Made by a program: the position numbers and the translations under genes. From an uncultured Gammaproteobacteria bacterium (GTDB taxonomy: Bacteria; Pseudomonadota; Gammaproteobacteria; Chromatiales; Chromatiaceae), in the NCBI GenBank assembly GCA_963808165.1, contig CAWEET010000023.1, forward strand, positions 144,447-208,446: DNA of 64,000 nt, read 5' to 3'. The first letter of the stretch is position 1. Each line of letters opens with the position of its first letter. Under the pieces are notes generated by a model. The model was not told the DNA's origin, searched no databases, and was given only the letters and a program-made list of their open reading frames with translations. This document shows positions 39,728 through 50,026 of this stretch, piece by piece.

Positions 39728-40558
39728 ATGCCACCTGCCGCAGCGCTCGACCAGCTGGTTAGTTTTCTCGAGGCCCACCCGCGCCTGTTCGTGCTGACCG
39801 GCGCAGGAATCAGCACAGGCTCGGGAATCCCCGACTACCGCGACGAGAACGGCGACTGGAAACGTCCAGCGCCGGTGCAGTATCGCGATTTCGTGGACCG
39901 ACGCGAGACGCGTCAGCGTTACTGGGCCCGCAGCCTGGTCGGGTGGCCACCGTTCCAAAAGGCCCGCCCGAATCTCTGCCACCGCGCCCTGGTGGATTGG
40001 GAGACCGCTGGCCGCATCGACTGCCTGGTCACGCAGAACGTCGACCGACTGCACCAGGCTGCCGGCTCGCATCGGGTGACCGATCTGCACGGTCGCCTCG
40101 ACCGCGTGATCTGTCTTACCTGCGGCGAGCGCTACCGCCGCGACTGGCTCCAGCAGGCACTGCTCGGACTGAATCCGTCCTTCGTCGGCGCAGCCGCCGA
40201 GATCGCGCCCGACGGCGACGCCTATCTGCCGAACAGCGATTTCAGCGCCTTGCGGGTCCCGGATTGCCAACGATGCGGCGGCATACTGAAACCGGATGTG
40301 GTGTTTTTCGGTGAGACCATCCCGCGCCAGCGCGTAGAGACGGCGATCTCGGCGCTGCTGGCCGCCGACGGGCTACTGGTCATCGGCTCATCGTTGATGG
40401 TCTATTCGGGCTTTCGCTTCTGTCGGCTTGCGGCAGAGCACGGCATACCCAGCGCGGCGATCAACGCCGGACGGACGCGGGCCGACGCGCTGTTCGATGT
40501 CAAACTGACGCGCCGCTTCGAGGACGTGGTCGGCATCCTGCGTCCGGATGCGGACTAG
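39728..40558 (+). CDS. NAD-dependent deacylase (SIRT4-like class II sirtuin)
   Basis: GAGISTGSGIPDYR, TQNVDRLH, LHG, PDGDA, KPDVVFFGE, GSSL. Confidence 0.92.
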   Translation: MPPAAALDQLVSFLEAHPRLFVLTGAGISTGSGIPDYRDENGDWKRPAPVQYRDFVDRRETRQRYWARSLVGWPPFQKARPNLCHRALVDWETAGRIDCLVTQNVDRLHQAAGSHRVTDLHGRLDRVICLTCGERYRRDWLQQALLGLNPSFVGAAAEIAPDGDAYLPNSDFSALRVPDCQRCGGILKPDVVFFGETIPRQRVETAISALLAADGLLVIGSSLMVYSGFRFCRLAAEHGIPSAAINAGRTRADALFDVKLTRRFEDVVGILRPDAD

Positions 40559-40744
40559 TGGGCCATGCGGGCCGGTGCACGAGCCCCATCGCCGGCGTTA
40601 CGATCGCTTGAATTAGCATGGACTAGTCCTGCGCTCACGTGCCTTGTCGATGAGACTCGTGAATCGGCTGAGTGTCACAGAACTTGCCGCATGGCCCACT
40701 AGCCGCGCAAGCACACATCGAAGAGTGCCTCGGCGTGAGCGATC

Positions 40745-40789
40745 CGCAGGCAGGCAGTAGTCGAGCCTCCAGGGACGGATTCAGTGGCG
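40745..40789 (-). repeat. Copy of the REP-like core
   Basis: Reverse complement CGCCACTGAATCCGTCCCTGGAGGCTCGAC, related to 7661-7689. Confidence 0.6.
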
Positions 40790-40861
40790 TTCCGCGGGTC
40801 GAATCTGCCGGGGTGCGCCCAAACCAGTTGCCGTCGGGCGCAGAGCGCTGCGTGCTGACGG

Positions 40862-41503
40862 TCAGCCGTAGGCACCCTGCAGAAACGGATTGTGCGCCCT
40901 CTCCTCGCCTACCGTGGTGGTCGGTCCATGGCCCGGCAACAGGGTGACGTCGTCGCCCAGCGACCAGATTCGCTCGCGGATTGAGGTGAGCAATGTCTCG
41001 TGGTCGCCGCGCGGGAAGTCGGTGCGGCCGATCGAGCCCTTGAAGATCACATCGCCAACAATCGCGGCCCGGCCTGCAGGATGGAAGAAAACCACATGTC
41101 CGGGCGTGTGCCCCGGGCAATGGCGGACCTCCAGCGTCTGGTCGCCAAACGTCACCAGATCGCCCTCGCCCAGCCAACGGTCTGGGATGAAGGCCTCCGC
41201 CGGGGGGAAGCCGAACTGGCGGCACCACTGCGGAAGGCTGTCGAGCAGGAACTGATCATCCCGGTGCGGCCCCTCTATCGGCAAACCGAGTTCACGCGCC
41301 ATCTGCCCGACAGCCCCGACATGATCGAAGTGGCCATGTGTGACCAGGATCTTTTGCAGCGTCGCACCGATTTCCCGCACTGCGGCAAGGATGCGCTCAG
41401 GATCACCGCCTGGATCAACCAAGACCGCCTTGCCGCTCGCCGGACAGTGCAGCAGCGAACAGTTCTGCTCGAAGGGGGTGACCGGAATGATCGTGATATC
41501 CAT
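40862..41503 (-). CDS. MBL-fold metallo-hydrolase (YcbL/GloC-like)
   Basis: THGHFDH, PGHTPGH, SIGRTDFP, PGHG. Confidence 0.92.
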   Translation of the reverse strand: MDITIIPVTPFEQNCSLLHCPASGKAVLVDPGGDPERILAAVREIGATLQKILVTHGHFDHVGAVGQMARELGLPIEGPHRDDQFLLDSLPQWCRQFGFPPAEAFIPDRWLGEGDLVTFGDQTLEVRHCPGHTPGHVVFFHPAGRAAIVGDVIFKGSIGRTDFPRGDHETLLTSIRERIWSLGDDVTLLPGHGPTTTVGEERAHNPFLQGAYG

Positions 41504-41683
41504 AAAGAAAATCCTAACGCGGCCGATGCCTTAAGGGCAAAACGAATCACTGAGGGCGCTCGCCAGACCGCCGCGGTCGCGCATCCCCGGTGAATTAAGG
41601 CAGCGATATCGGACGACGACGGCCCGGCACGATAGCGACCGTTTCCAGGCACCGGCCTCGTCGGAAAGTCTGTGGGGAACGAC

Positions 41684-42934
41684 ATGTTCGCAAAATGGAT
41701 CGGCCGCAGCGCAAGAAAAAATGAGTTGTCTCCGCGCACCCTGTCTGCGCTGGGTCCCTATTCCGACGAGCCACCGGCAGGGCTGGAGGCTACGCTGGGA
41801 CTGGTCGAGCAGTTGCAGGTCGAGGCGGGATGCTTGAGCGACCGACTGCCGATGGACAGGAACGTGTTCCTGACCAGCGGGAGCATCCAGATCCGGACCC
41901 ACAGCAGATGTGATCTGCTGTTGAAGGCCGGCACACCCCAGGCACGCTACCCATTGCCTTCCAGACTGAGCGTCAGCAGCCTGCACGCGACCGAGCCCTG
42001 TGAACTGCTGGCGATACCCCGGCCGGACGGCACCGGTCGGCATGATCGCACTGCCGAGCATGCACATGCGCATCCCGAACTCAGCGCCGACGAAGCAGTG
42101 GCGATGCAGCAACTGCGGGCCCATTTCCACGAGGCACATTGCGAGTTGCCGAGCCTGCCCGACCTGGCGCTTAAAATCGGCCAGGCAATCGACGATCCGA
42201 AAAATGACAACGAGCACATCGCGCGGCTGATCCAGCTGGACCCCTCGCTGACCGCACGCATGCTCAGTGTGGTCAACAGCGCTGCTTTCGGCGGCCTGAG
42301 CAAGATCACGAGCATCAGCCAGGCAACCGCGCGGCTCGGGCGGCATAAGGTACGCAGTCTGGTATACAGCTGCCTGCTGAAGGGCATCTTCGAGGCCAGC
42401 TCACCGGCCATGAAGCAACGTGCCGAGGCACTTTGGCAGCATTCCGTATCCGTCGCGGCGCTGGCCTTCGTGCTTGGGCGCGCCACGCCGGGTATCGACG
42501 CCGAACAGGCACTGCTCGCCGGACTCATTCATGACATCGGGGCAGTGGCCATCATCGGTGGCGTCAACCAGTTTCCCGCGCTGACGCGCCGTGAACTGGT
42601 GTTGGACTACATCATCGCAAGTATGCGTACCGAGCTCGGACTGCGGACACTGAGACAGTGGCGGCTGCACAGCGAGTTCCGGGACGTCATCAGGGACGCC
42701 CGCAACTGGCGGCGCATGGGCAGCGCGATTCCGGAAAATCCGGACGTCGTCATTCTCGCTCAGTTACACGCAATGATCGGAACATCGGAACAGTCGAGGC
42801 TACCGCGGATCGATACTGTCCCGGCATTCTTCAAGCTGGCCCATGGCGAACTCACACCGAGGCACTCGCTCAGCGTACTCGAGGAGGCCGAGGCGGATGT
42901 GCGCGAGATGCGAGCCCTGATTGGGGCGGTCTGA
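41684..42934 (+). CDS. HDOD-domain protein
   Basis: LPSLPDLA, DPSLTARMLSVVNS, LWQHS, GLIHDIG. Confidence 0.88.
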   Translation: MFAKWIGRSARKNELSPRTLSALGPYSDEPPAGLEATLGLVEQLQVEAGCLSDRLPMDRNVFLTSGSIQIRTHSRCDLLLKAGTPQARYPLPSRLSVSSLHATEPCELLAIPRPDGTGRHDRTAEHAHAHPELSADEAVAMQQLRAHFHEAHCELPSLPDLALKIGQAIDDPKNDNEHIARLIQLDPSLTARMLSVVNSAAFGGLSKITSISQATARLGRHKVRSLVYSCLLKGIFEASSPAMKQRAEALWQHSVSVAALAFVLGRATPGIDAEQALLAGLIHDIGAVAIIGGVNQFPALTRRELVLDYIIASMRTELGLRTLRQWRLHSEFRDVIRDARNWRRMGSAIPENPDVVILAQLHAMIGTSEQSRLPRIDTVPAFFKLAHGELTPRHSLSVLEEAEADVREMRALIGAV

Positions 42935-43165
42935 TCGTTCTACCCTCAGGGGAACGGCACTGTCTGGATGGGCTGGCGGGGATTTAACCGCGGCCCGGCA
43001 TATTTAATGCCCGGACGTCTGCCACGGGGAGGTCGCAGTGGTGCCCTCCAACGACGGATTCACGACATCGGAAGATGTCAAATGCACCGATGCGCAAATG
43101 GCAACGGAAATGCGATCTACCTTCACTGAGGGCGGGCGCAGCCCGAATGACAAGACGACGACTGA

Positions 43166-44416
43166 TCAGCCTCTGAGCATACTGCGCATTTCGTCGATCT
43201 GAGCCTTGGCCTCGTGCAGAATCTCCAGGCTCCTCTCCGGCGTCGCACCCTCGCCCAGCAGTCGTTGCACCGCGGAGATCTCCGGCAACGGTGGCAGGCT
43301 CGCGAGCTGGTGCTTTCGCAGCATTTCGTGCACCTGGGCAACGATCAGCAGGTCGGTGAAGTCGGCTTTGCCACGCTGCTCTCTGGTCCAGTTTTCGGCA
43401 TCGCGCGCCGCGGCGATCATCGCGGGTGTGAAATTCCATTCGCGCAATATCATCGCGCCCAGGTCGCCACGCATGCGCGCGATGGTCTCTTCGAGAACGG
43501 CCTCGTTCACTGCCAGTTCGGGATACTGCTCAACGTAGTTGAGGATCGCGATCACCCCGACGTCATGTACCAGACCGGTCAGCAGCGCCTCTTCTGCTGA
43601 CATCTCCTTTATCTCGCGGGCCAGAACGAAGCAGATTGCCGCGATCTGCGCACTGTGCTTCCAGAGCACATGCATACGCTTCTGAATGGCCGGATCCCCG
43701 CTTCTGAAAACGTCTTTGAGGGCGAAGCTCATCACCAATTGCTTGGTGGTCTGCATGCCCAGGCGGACCACGGCCGCCGAGCAGGACTCGACCGCGCCCA
43801 GTCCCGTATACAGTGCGCTGTTGGCCACCTTAAGGAGCTTGGCCGCCATCGCCGGATCTGCCTCCACGAGGCGCGCGATGGCGCGCGCGTCGCCCATGTC
43901 CTCGTCGATCGCCCGGCGGATCCGCATCGCCAGATCCGGTAGCGTGGGCAGGATAGCCCGGTCATTCTTGAGATCTCGGTACAGTTGGAAGCTTACCTTG
44001 GATTCCAGATCACGTCGTTCATCGTCTTCCTGGCTCTGCACCTGGATCGCATCCGGGTCATGGGCACGGCCGTCGCAACCCGCGGCACTCAGCACGATGT
44101 CTGGTACCCGGATGCCACGCACCGGACTCAGCGCAGTGACTGCAAAGATGCGCGGGCGCAGATTGGCGACGGGGTGGCGTATCGTGTCCGCACCGATCTC
44201 GACCACCTTCTGCAGGCCGTCAGCGGCGTCCAGCGAGAGCTCGCCCTCGGTAAGAAAATAGGTGTATCCGTCGTCGCTGCCACATTCGACGATGATCTCG
44301 CCCGGAGCGGCGTTGACCGATTCGACCGCCTCGGCGACCACCTCCAGTTGCCAGGGCTGCAGGTCGGTCAGCATGGCGATGCTGCGCAGGATGCTGGGGT
44401 CTGAAATGCGTGTCAT
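43166..44416 (-). CDS. cNMP-binding-like + HDOD-domain protein
   Basis: N-terminal PGEIIVECG...YFLTEGEL; LPTLPDLA, GLVHDVG. Confidence 0.88.
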   Translation of the reverse strand: MTRISDPSILRSIAMLTDLQPWQLEVVAEAVESVNAAPGEIIVECGSDDGYTYFLTEGELSLDAADGLQKVVEIGADTIRHPVANLRPRIFAVTALSPVRGIRVPDIVLSAAGCDGRAHDPDAIQVQSQEDDERRDLESKVSFQLYRDLKNDRAILPTLPDLAMRIRRAIDEDMGDARAIARLVEADPAMAAKLLKVANSALYTGLGAVESCSAAVVRLGMQTTKQLVMSFALKDVFRSGDPAIQKRMHVLWKHSAQIAAICFVLAREIKEMSAEEALLTGLVHDVGVIAILNYVEQYPELAVNEAVLEETIARMRGDLGAMILREWNFTPAMIAAARDAENWTREQRGKADFTDLLIVAQVHEMLRKHQLASLPPLPEISAVQRLLGEGATPERSLEILHEAKAQIDEMRSMLRG

Positions 44417-44600
44417 GCAGGGTTATCGGCATCCGCCGCCCGGAAGTTTAGAGACCACCGGCGCGATCACCCCCGCTGACAGAGGCGCCTGTCTACTGGC
44501 AGCGCTGCAAGCTCCAGCGCGTACCCGGCAACCGATGGCCGACCGCTGAGATTTTCAGGCTATCCTTGCAGGCATTCGGACAGAATGGAGAGAGGCAAAC

Positions 44601-45512
44601 GTGCGATTCCCTTGTCGATACAGCCTGATTTTCCCGCTCCTCGTCGCCTGTGGGCAGGTGCATGCCACCACACCCGAGCCGATCGCGGACATTCATCTGC
44701 ATTGGAAATGGAACCAGAAGGAAGCTACCAGCGCGGAAGAGGCAATCGGCATCCTCGAGTCACAAGGGGTCGGTCTCGCCGTCGTGACTGGCACGCCACC
44801 GGAACTCGCACTGGAGCTGCAGGCACTCGCACCGGACATCGTCATACCCATCTATGGCATCTACCGCCTGCCCGGCGAATGGTCGACATGGCATCACGAC
44901 GCGGGCCTGTTGCCGCGCGTCCGGCGGGCGCTGGCCTCGGGACGCTATCGCGGGATCGGCGAGGTCCACATGCTGGGCGGCTTCATCAGTGACTGGAAGA
45001 ACCCGGTGATTTCTGGTTTGTTCGAGCTGGCCGCCGAGTTCGATGTCCCGGTGCTGGTGCACACCGAGTTCTCGCGCGCCGACTACACCCTGGGATTCTG
45101 TCGTGCGCATCCGCATACGCGGTTCCTTTGGGCGCATTCCGGGGTAATGCTGCAGCCCGGCGAGATCATACGCGTGCTCCAGGGCTGCCCCAACGTCAGC
45201 GCCGAGCTGTCGGCACGCGACCCCTGGCGGCACCTCGCCAACCCGATCGCCGACGAACAGGGTCGGCTGCTGCCGCCCTGGAGAAAACTGGTCATTGGAT
45301 ACGCCGACCGTTTCATGATCGGATCCGACCCGGTCTGGCCGGTAGAGCAACTCAACCCCTGGGACGAACCTGATACCGGGTGGCAGGAGCTGCCGCGGTT
45401 TCTTGCATTCCATCGCAGCTGGCTGGCCGACCTGCCGCCGCGCAAGGCAAGTGCGATCCGCTGGGAAAATGCTCGCCGATTGTTCGGCATGCCTGCGAGC
45501 AACTCGCGCTGA
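44601..45512 (+). CDS. Exported amidohydrolase_2 family protein
   Basis: DIHLH, GIGEVH, LVH, WAH, DRFMIGSD. Confidence 0.85.
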   Translation: MRFPCRYSLIFPLLVACGQVHATTPEPIADIHLHWKWNQKEATSAEEAIGILESQGVGLAVVTGTPPELALELQALAPDIVIPIYGIYRLPGEWSTWHHDAGLLPRVRRALASGRYRGIGEVHMLGGFISDWKNPVISGLFELAAEFDVPVLVHTEFSRADYTLGFCRAHPHTRFLWAHSGVMLQPGEIIRVLQGCPNVSAELSARDPWRHLANPIADEQGRLLPPWRKLVIGYADRFMIGSDPVWPVEQLNPWDEPDTGWQELPRFLAFHRSWLADLPPRKASAIRWENARRLFGMPASNSR

Positions 45513-45666
45513 CCCGGACCCACGCTCCCCCCCGAAAACCCCACCAAGGGTGCCCCATGCAGTCTGTGGATGGAACCAGAGCGGGGACAAGGCAGCCCAC
45601 CCGGGATCACGCAATACGCAGTGTAGGCGTGGGCTGTGCGCTTGCAGCAAGACCAGGATCGGGCGG

Positions 45667-48111
45667 TCAGTGGATTCCGGTCATCATCGGCGAAGGTCGC
45701 CCGATGTGGTAGCCCTGGGCAAAATCTACACCGAAGTCTTCGAGCAGCCGCAGCGTTTCTGCGTCTTCGACAAACTCGGCGATCGTGGTCTTGCCCAAGC
45801 CCTTCGCCACATCGGTCAGCGCCTTCACGAAGAGCTGATCTTCGGCACTGGTGGGAAGGTGCTGGATAAAGGCGCCATCGATCTTGACGATGTCGACAGG
45901 CAACTGCTTGAGGTAGGCGAAGGAAGAAAAGCCGCTGCCGAAGTCATCCAGCGCAAAACGGCAACCCAGCGCCTTGATTTCACGCATGAAGGTGATCGCG
46001 TCCTGTACGTTGGCTACCGCGGCGGTCTCGGTTATCTCGACGACCAGTTGCGCAGGTTCGATGCCACTTTCCTGCAGTTCGTTGTGGAACCATTCGAGCA
46101 AGGAGGGATCGTCGAGCACCCTGCCCGACAGATTGACCGATAGCGAGAGGCCGCGATGCTCGCTGACCCGCTGGATCGCCTTGCGGATCACCCAACGGTC
46201 GATTTCGTGAATCTGTCCGGAATGCTCGGCAATCGGAATGAAATTGTCAGGGAAGACCAGGCGCCCTGCATTGTCCCGCATGCGGACCAGTGTCTCGAAC
46301 CGCGTCACGCGCTGCTGCCGGATGTCGAAGATCGGCTGGTAATGCAGTTCGAACGCATCGTCGATCAGCGCCTGTGCGATCCGTTCACGCCACTTTGCGC
46401 GCGACGCCAACAGCTCTTTGGCCTGCTCATCCGGTGAGTACAGATGCCAGCGGCCAGACCCCGCCTCTTTCGCCTGATACATGGCCATATCCGCGTTCGC
46501 CAGCAACTCGTTCAAATCGGTCCCATGAACCGGGAACAGCGTGATCCCGACACTGCAGCTCACCTTGTGCGGCGTGCCATTGGCCGAGAACTCGACCTGC
46601 TTCAACTCGTGCAGCAGTTTGTTGGCCATGTAGACCGCTTCTTCTGCACCACCTTCGGGAAGAACCAGCGCAAACTCGTCGCCACCCAGGCGGGCCAGGA
46701 TATCAGTGTGGCGAACCGCATCACGCAGGCTGCTGGCGACCAGCAACAGCAAGGCATCGCCAGCCTGATGGCCGCTGAGATCGTTGACGTACTTAAACTG
46801 GTCGAGGTCCAGAAACAGGAGTGCACCGGTCCGCTGATAACGCACACTCAGGGCAAGGATACGATCGAAGACTTCCTGGAAGCGACGTCTGTTGTAGAGA
46901 TTGGTCAGCGGGTCATGATCGGCCAACCAGACCAGGTTCTGTTCAGCCTCGATGCGCGCCTCGAGAGCGCTTTCAAGGTCGTCGGAGAGACGTCGCACTG
47001 AATCCACCACGACATCGATTTCGTCCTGGACGATGTTGGCGCGACGCCGCGGCAGGGCATCGCGTAAGGCGACGAAATTGCTCCGCCCCAGGGCAGGCAA
47101 CGCCGATGCCAGCCGGCGAATGCGCTTCATCGGCTTCCACAGAAATGCGAGCAGTATGCTGCCGGTGGTCAGCAGCCCGAGAATACCCACCGTCAGAATG
47201 AACCTGTTGGCCCTGGCAAGTTGTGCCATATCCTCGCTCACCGGGCTAATGACGAGGAAAGAGGTATCCCTGCCGGCCGCGTCGTCATACCCCAGCAGAC
47301 AGGCAAACCACTGTCCGTCGTGCTCTACGAATATGGCCTCATTCGAAAGGTCCGAGAATGCGTAGCTGTCCTGCAGCGTCTGCAGGACGCCGTAGCTGAG
47401 TTCAGGATGACTTAGCGCTGGCACCTCAACGCCCCAATCGGCCAGATAACGGTGAGACGCGGCGCGCCCGACACCCTGCTCTGCCGGCTGTGCCGCCAGC
47501 ACCGCAACCTCCGAGCCGGACAGGCGTTGAAACTCCAGGATACCGTCGGCGACAGAACGGCTGACGACCAGTACCCCGCCGCGTAACGAGCCTTCGAGCT
47601 GTGGAATCGCCAGCGTCAGAACACAGTCGTGCAGGCAGTCTAGCCGACCTTCGGGGGCATCATTGGCCGCCGCCCGTGCGGCCAGTTGCAGATGGCTGGC
47701 GGCATCCGACCCGTCCGGCCAGCTGTATCCCAGGTCTCCCTCGGCATCAAGAAAGGAGAGCGATGCTATTCCCCATTCCAGACCCAGCAAGGCACTGTGC
47801 CGATCCAGGATAGACCGCAGATAATCGGCCCCTGTCGTCGCAGATGCGCCGCTGCTCAGTAGCGGAATGAAGCCGACCAGGCTGTTCAACTGTTCGTAGT
47901 CGCGCTGCAGCAGGCCTGAGATGGTCTGCTGCTGCTGGTGCAGCAAATCGAGTTTTTGCTGATGGAACTGTTGGTTCGACTGCCGGTAGGCGGCCAGAAT
48001 GATTAGCGAGTTGACCACGATCAGCACGACGCTGACGATAAGGCCAACCTTCCATTTCAGGCTGAAGAACCGCGATTCTGCCGGCTCGTGCTCCGCTGGC
48101 CGGTCGCTCAT
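45667..48111 (-). CDS. Membrane diguanylate cyclase/phosphodiesterase (periplasmic sensor, HAMP-like, GGDEF, EAL)
   Basis: Two TMs; RHTD...GGDEF; ETLVR, EITET, DDFGSGFSS, AQGY. Confidence 0.93.
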   Translation of the reverse strand: MSDRPAEHEPAESRFFSLKWKVGLIVSVVLIVVNSLIILAAYRQSNQQFHQQKLDLLHQQQQTISGLLQRDYEQLNSLVGFIPLLSSGASATTGADYLRSILDRHSALLGLEWGIASLSFLDAEGDLGYSWPDGSDAASHLQLAARAAANDAPEGRLDCLHDCVLTLAIPQLEGSLRGGVLVVSRSVADGILEFQRLSGSEVAVLAAQPAEQGVGRAASHRYLADWGVEVPALSHPELSYGVLQTLQDSYAFSDLSNEAIFVEHDGQWFACLLGYDDAAGRDTSFLVISPVSEDMAQLARANRFILTVGILGLLTTGSILLAFLWKPMKRIRRLASALPALGRSNFVALRDALPRRRANIVQDEIDVVVDSVRRLSDDLESALEARIEAEQNLVWLADHDPLTNLYNRRRFQEVFDRILALSVRYQRTGALLFLDLDQFKYVNDLSGHQAGDALLLLVASSLRDAVRHTDILARLGGDEFALVLPEGGAEEAVYMANKLLHELKQVEFSANGTPHKVSCSVGITLFPVHGTDLNELLANADMAMYQAKEAGSGRWHLYSPDEQAKELLASRAKWRERIAQALIDDAFELHYQPIFDIRQQRVTRFETLVRMRDNAGRLVFPDNFIPIAEHSGQIHEIDRWVIRKAIQRVSEHRGLSLSVNLSGRVLDDPSLLEWFHNELQESGIEPAQLVVEITETAAVANVQDAITFMREIKALGCRFALDDFGSGFSSFAYLKQLPVDIVKIDGAFIQHLPTSAEDQLFVKALTDVAKGLGKTTIAEFVEDAETLRLLEDFGVDFAQGYHIGRPSPMMTGIH

Positions 48112-48123
48112 CAGAGCGTCTGC

Positions 48124-49359
48124 TCAGAATCTATAGGATGCGAGCAGCGAGAACATGTCCCAGTCCTTGACCAAGTCAGAGGGTACCGGGTTCTCTCGCC
48201 TGGACAGAGTCCAGGTCCCATCGTTCCACTGATACTCCGCGCGGAGCATGAAATTCGGCGTGACATCCCAACGCAACCCGATCATCCAGTCCTTCTGAAA
48301 GAAAGCGTACGGCGGCACCATGCCGCCGGTCATCGCAGACTGCCGGGTGCCATTCCGGTCGTCCTTGTCGGTGTAACCCTCCGCATAGCGTACAATCAGC
48401 TCGAGGTCATTGCGCACAAGGTAGCTACCCTGCAGGTAGTAACCCTGGATTGTGCTGTCACGGTTATCGACCAGCGGCCCGAAATCCTTGAAATCTACCG
48501 GTTCCTCCATGTACTCCGCGGTCAGGCTCCAGCGTTCTGCGTTGTATTGCGCGGAAGCCACCCAATAGAAAACGTCGAACTCACCGCTTCCGATAGGATC
48601 GCGTGGCTTGGCATCAAAGCCCAACGTGGCCTTGGCTGCGCTCAGACCGAAGCGCCAGGCACCGTCCGGCGTCTGGTATTCGGCGCGGGCAATGAATGCG
48701 AGGTCTTTCGACTCCAGGCTGCCACCAAAATCGTAGCCGAGAAAGTCAATTTCCACATTCTCGTCGACGGATCCCTTGCCCAGGCCGATATTCAGCAGCC
48801 AATCGCCCGAGTCGCCGTAAAACCGCCCGTACAGGTGCGCGCCGTCTGCCGAAAGCAGCATATTGCGCACGCGATCGAAGTAGATCTGTTGCGGGAGGAA
48901 AATGCTCGGCCGGGTGAATGCAACATCCCGGGTGTCGTTGTAAAAACCCAGGGTGTTCTTGATGCGTCCTGCCAATATGCCGAAGGACTTCTCATCACTG
49001 TTGGACAGATTCCAGTCTACCAGCGCATAGTCGACGGTCGGCGAACCGTCATACATATCACCGGCCCGGCGAGACAATATCTGGCCCGACAGCAGCACTG
49101 AGGGGGTAGCCTTGTAAGACGCGTTGACCCCCAGTTCGGTGAATTCGAAACTGCCCCCGCTACTGTTGCTGTCGCCGAACCACCGGTTGTCAGTCGTTTT
49201 CACATAACCCTGGGTGGCAAAACCGTGCAACTGCAGATCGTCGCCCAGGTCGATGGCTTGACCGGGCGCACCGACAAGCGCGAGCGCCAGCGCCAGCCAG
49301 GATGCAAACCGCGTGTGCAGACCGCTGTTATCGGATACTGAGAACATGAACCGTGTCAT
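48124..49359 (-). CDS. Outer-membrane beta-barrel (porin-like) protein
   Basis: Signal peptide, amphipathic strands, C-terminal ASYRF; start uncertain. Confidence 0.82.
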   Translation of the reverse strand: MTRFMFSVSDNSGLHTRFASWLALALALVGAPGQAIDLGDDLQLHGFATQGYVKTTDNRWFGDSNSSGGSFEFTELGVNASYKATPSVLLSGQILSRRAGDMYDGSPTVDYALVDWNLSNSDEKSFGILAGRIKNTLGFYNDTRDVAFTRPSIFLPQQIYFDRVRNMLLSADGAHLYGRFYGDSGDWLLNIGLGKGSVDENVEIDFLGYDFGGSLESKDLAFIARAEYQTPDGAWRFGLSAAKATLGFDAKPRDPIGSGEFDVFYWVASAQYNAERWSLTAEYMEEPVDFKDFGPLVDNRDSTIQGYYLQGSYLVRNDLELIVRYAEGYTDKDDRNGTRQSAMTGGMVPPYAFFQKDWMIGLRWDVTPNFMLRAEYQWNDGTWTLSRRENPVPSDLVKDWDMFSLLASYRF

Positions 49360-49780
49360 CGATCATCTCGCTGGGTAGGTAACCGATTCCACCCGGCGTA
49401 GCGGCAACGCTGCGGCGCATTTCGGTTTCATTCGCGACGGTCTCCGGCGCCTGGCCGGTCCCCGAGTACAGTTGCCGATCCCAAACACGCCGAAGCTGGC
49501 GGGGGAAAAGACTCAGAAGTTTTTTGCTGAAATCTCGGTGAACCTGACTGTCATCCGGCAGCACGAATACGCGCACGGGCTTGCCGTCCGGCCATTGGCT
49601 ACGCTGCATGCTGAACATCAGTCGCGTGGTGTTAAGGGAAACCTCGTCGGTGCCTACCGCGCGGTGGACAATCAGGACGGGATCGGCAATGGCGGGAAGT
49701 GCCGACAACCAGATCAGCAGGGCACACCCTAGGGCCCGCCTGGTGGCTGTTCGATCCAGCAAGGGAGTGGAGTCGTGCAA
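49328..49780 (-). CDS. Small periplasmic PstS/PBP2-like binding protein
   Basis: Signal peptide, VLIVH, WPDGKPV, VAATPGGIGYL. Confidence 0.8.
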   Translation of the reverse strand: MHDSTPLLDRTATRRALGCALLIWLSALPAIADPVLIVHRAVGTDEVSLNTTRLMFSMQRSQWPDGKPVRVFVLPDDSQVHRDFSKKLLSLFPRQLRRVWDRQLYSGTGQAPETVANETEMRRSVAATPGGIGYLPSEMIDDTVHVLSIR

Positions 49781-50026
49781 GACGGCCGCTGCTTAAGCCA
49801 CGCCACCTGCAACAGAAATCGGGACTTGGAACTCAGTCAAGGTTCTCGAATGTGACACCATTTGCAACTCTCCGTTCGTTGAGCATTCCTGCAAACCCCG
49901 CCAAGTCTGGGCGATGCGTCCAGCTTGGCAACCTCCCAATGCCTCATTAACGAGGCGTTGGTCCGGCAGCGGCGATGGCATGGCCCGGTGACCAGACTCT
50001 GTGCCTGCGGGTGCCCGGGAGCGTTT

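Noticed and set aside
39728-40558. Sirtuin as an anti-phage SIR2 effector
   Set aside because: Ordinary SIRT4-like deacylase with a Zn-binding module and no defence-gene neighbours.
40610-40627. AATTAG-N6-CTAGTC as a third operator copy
   Set aside because: Weaker match, located between convergent gene ends with no promoter to control.
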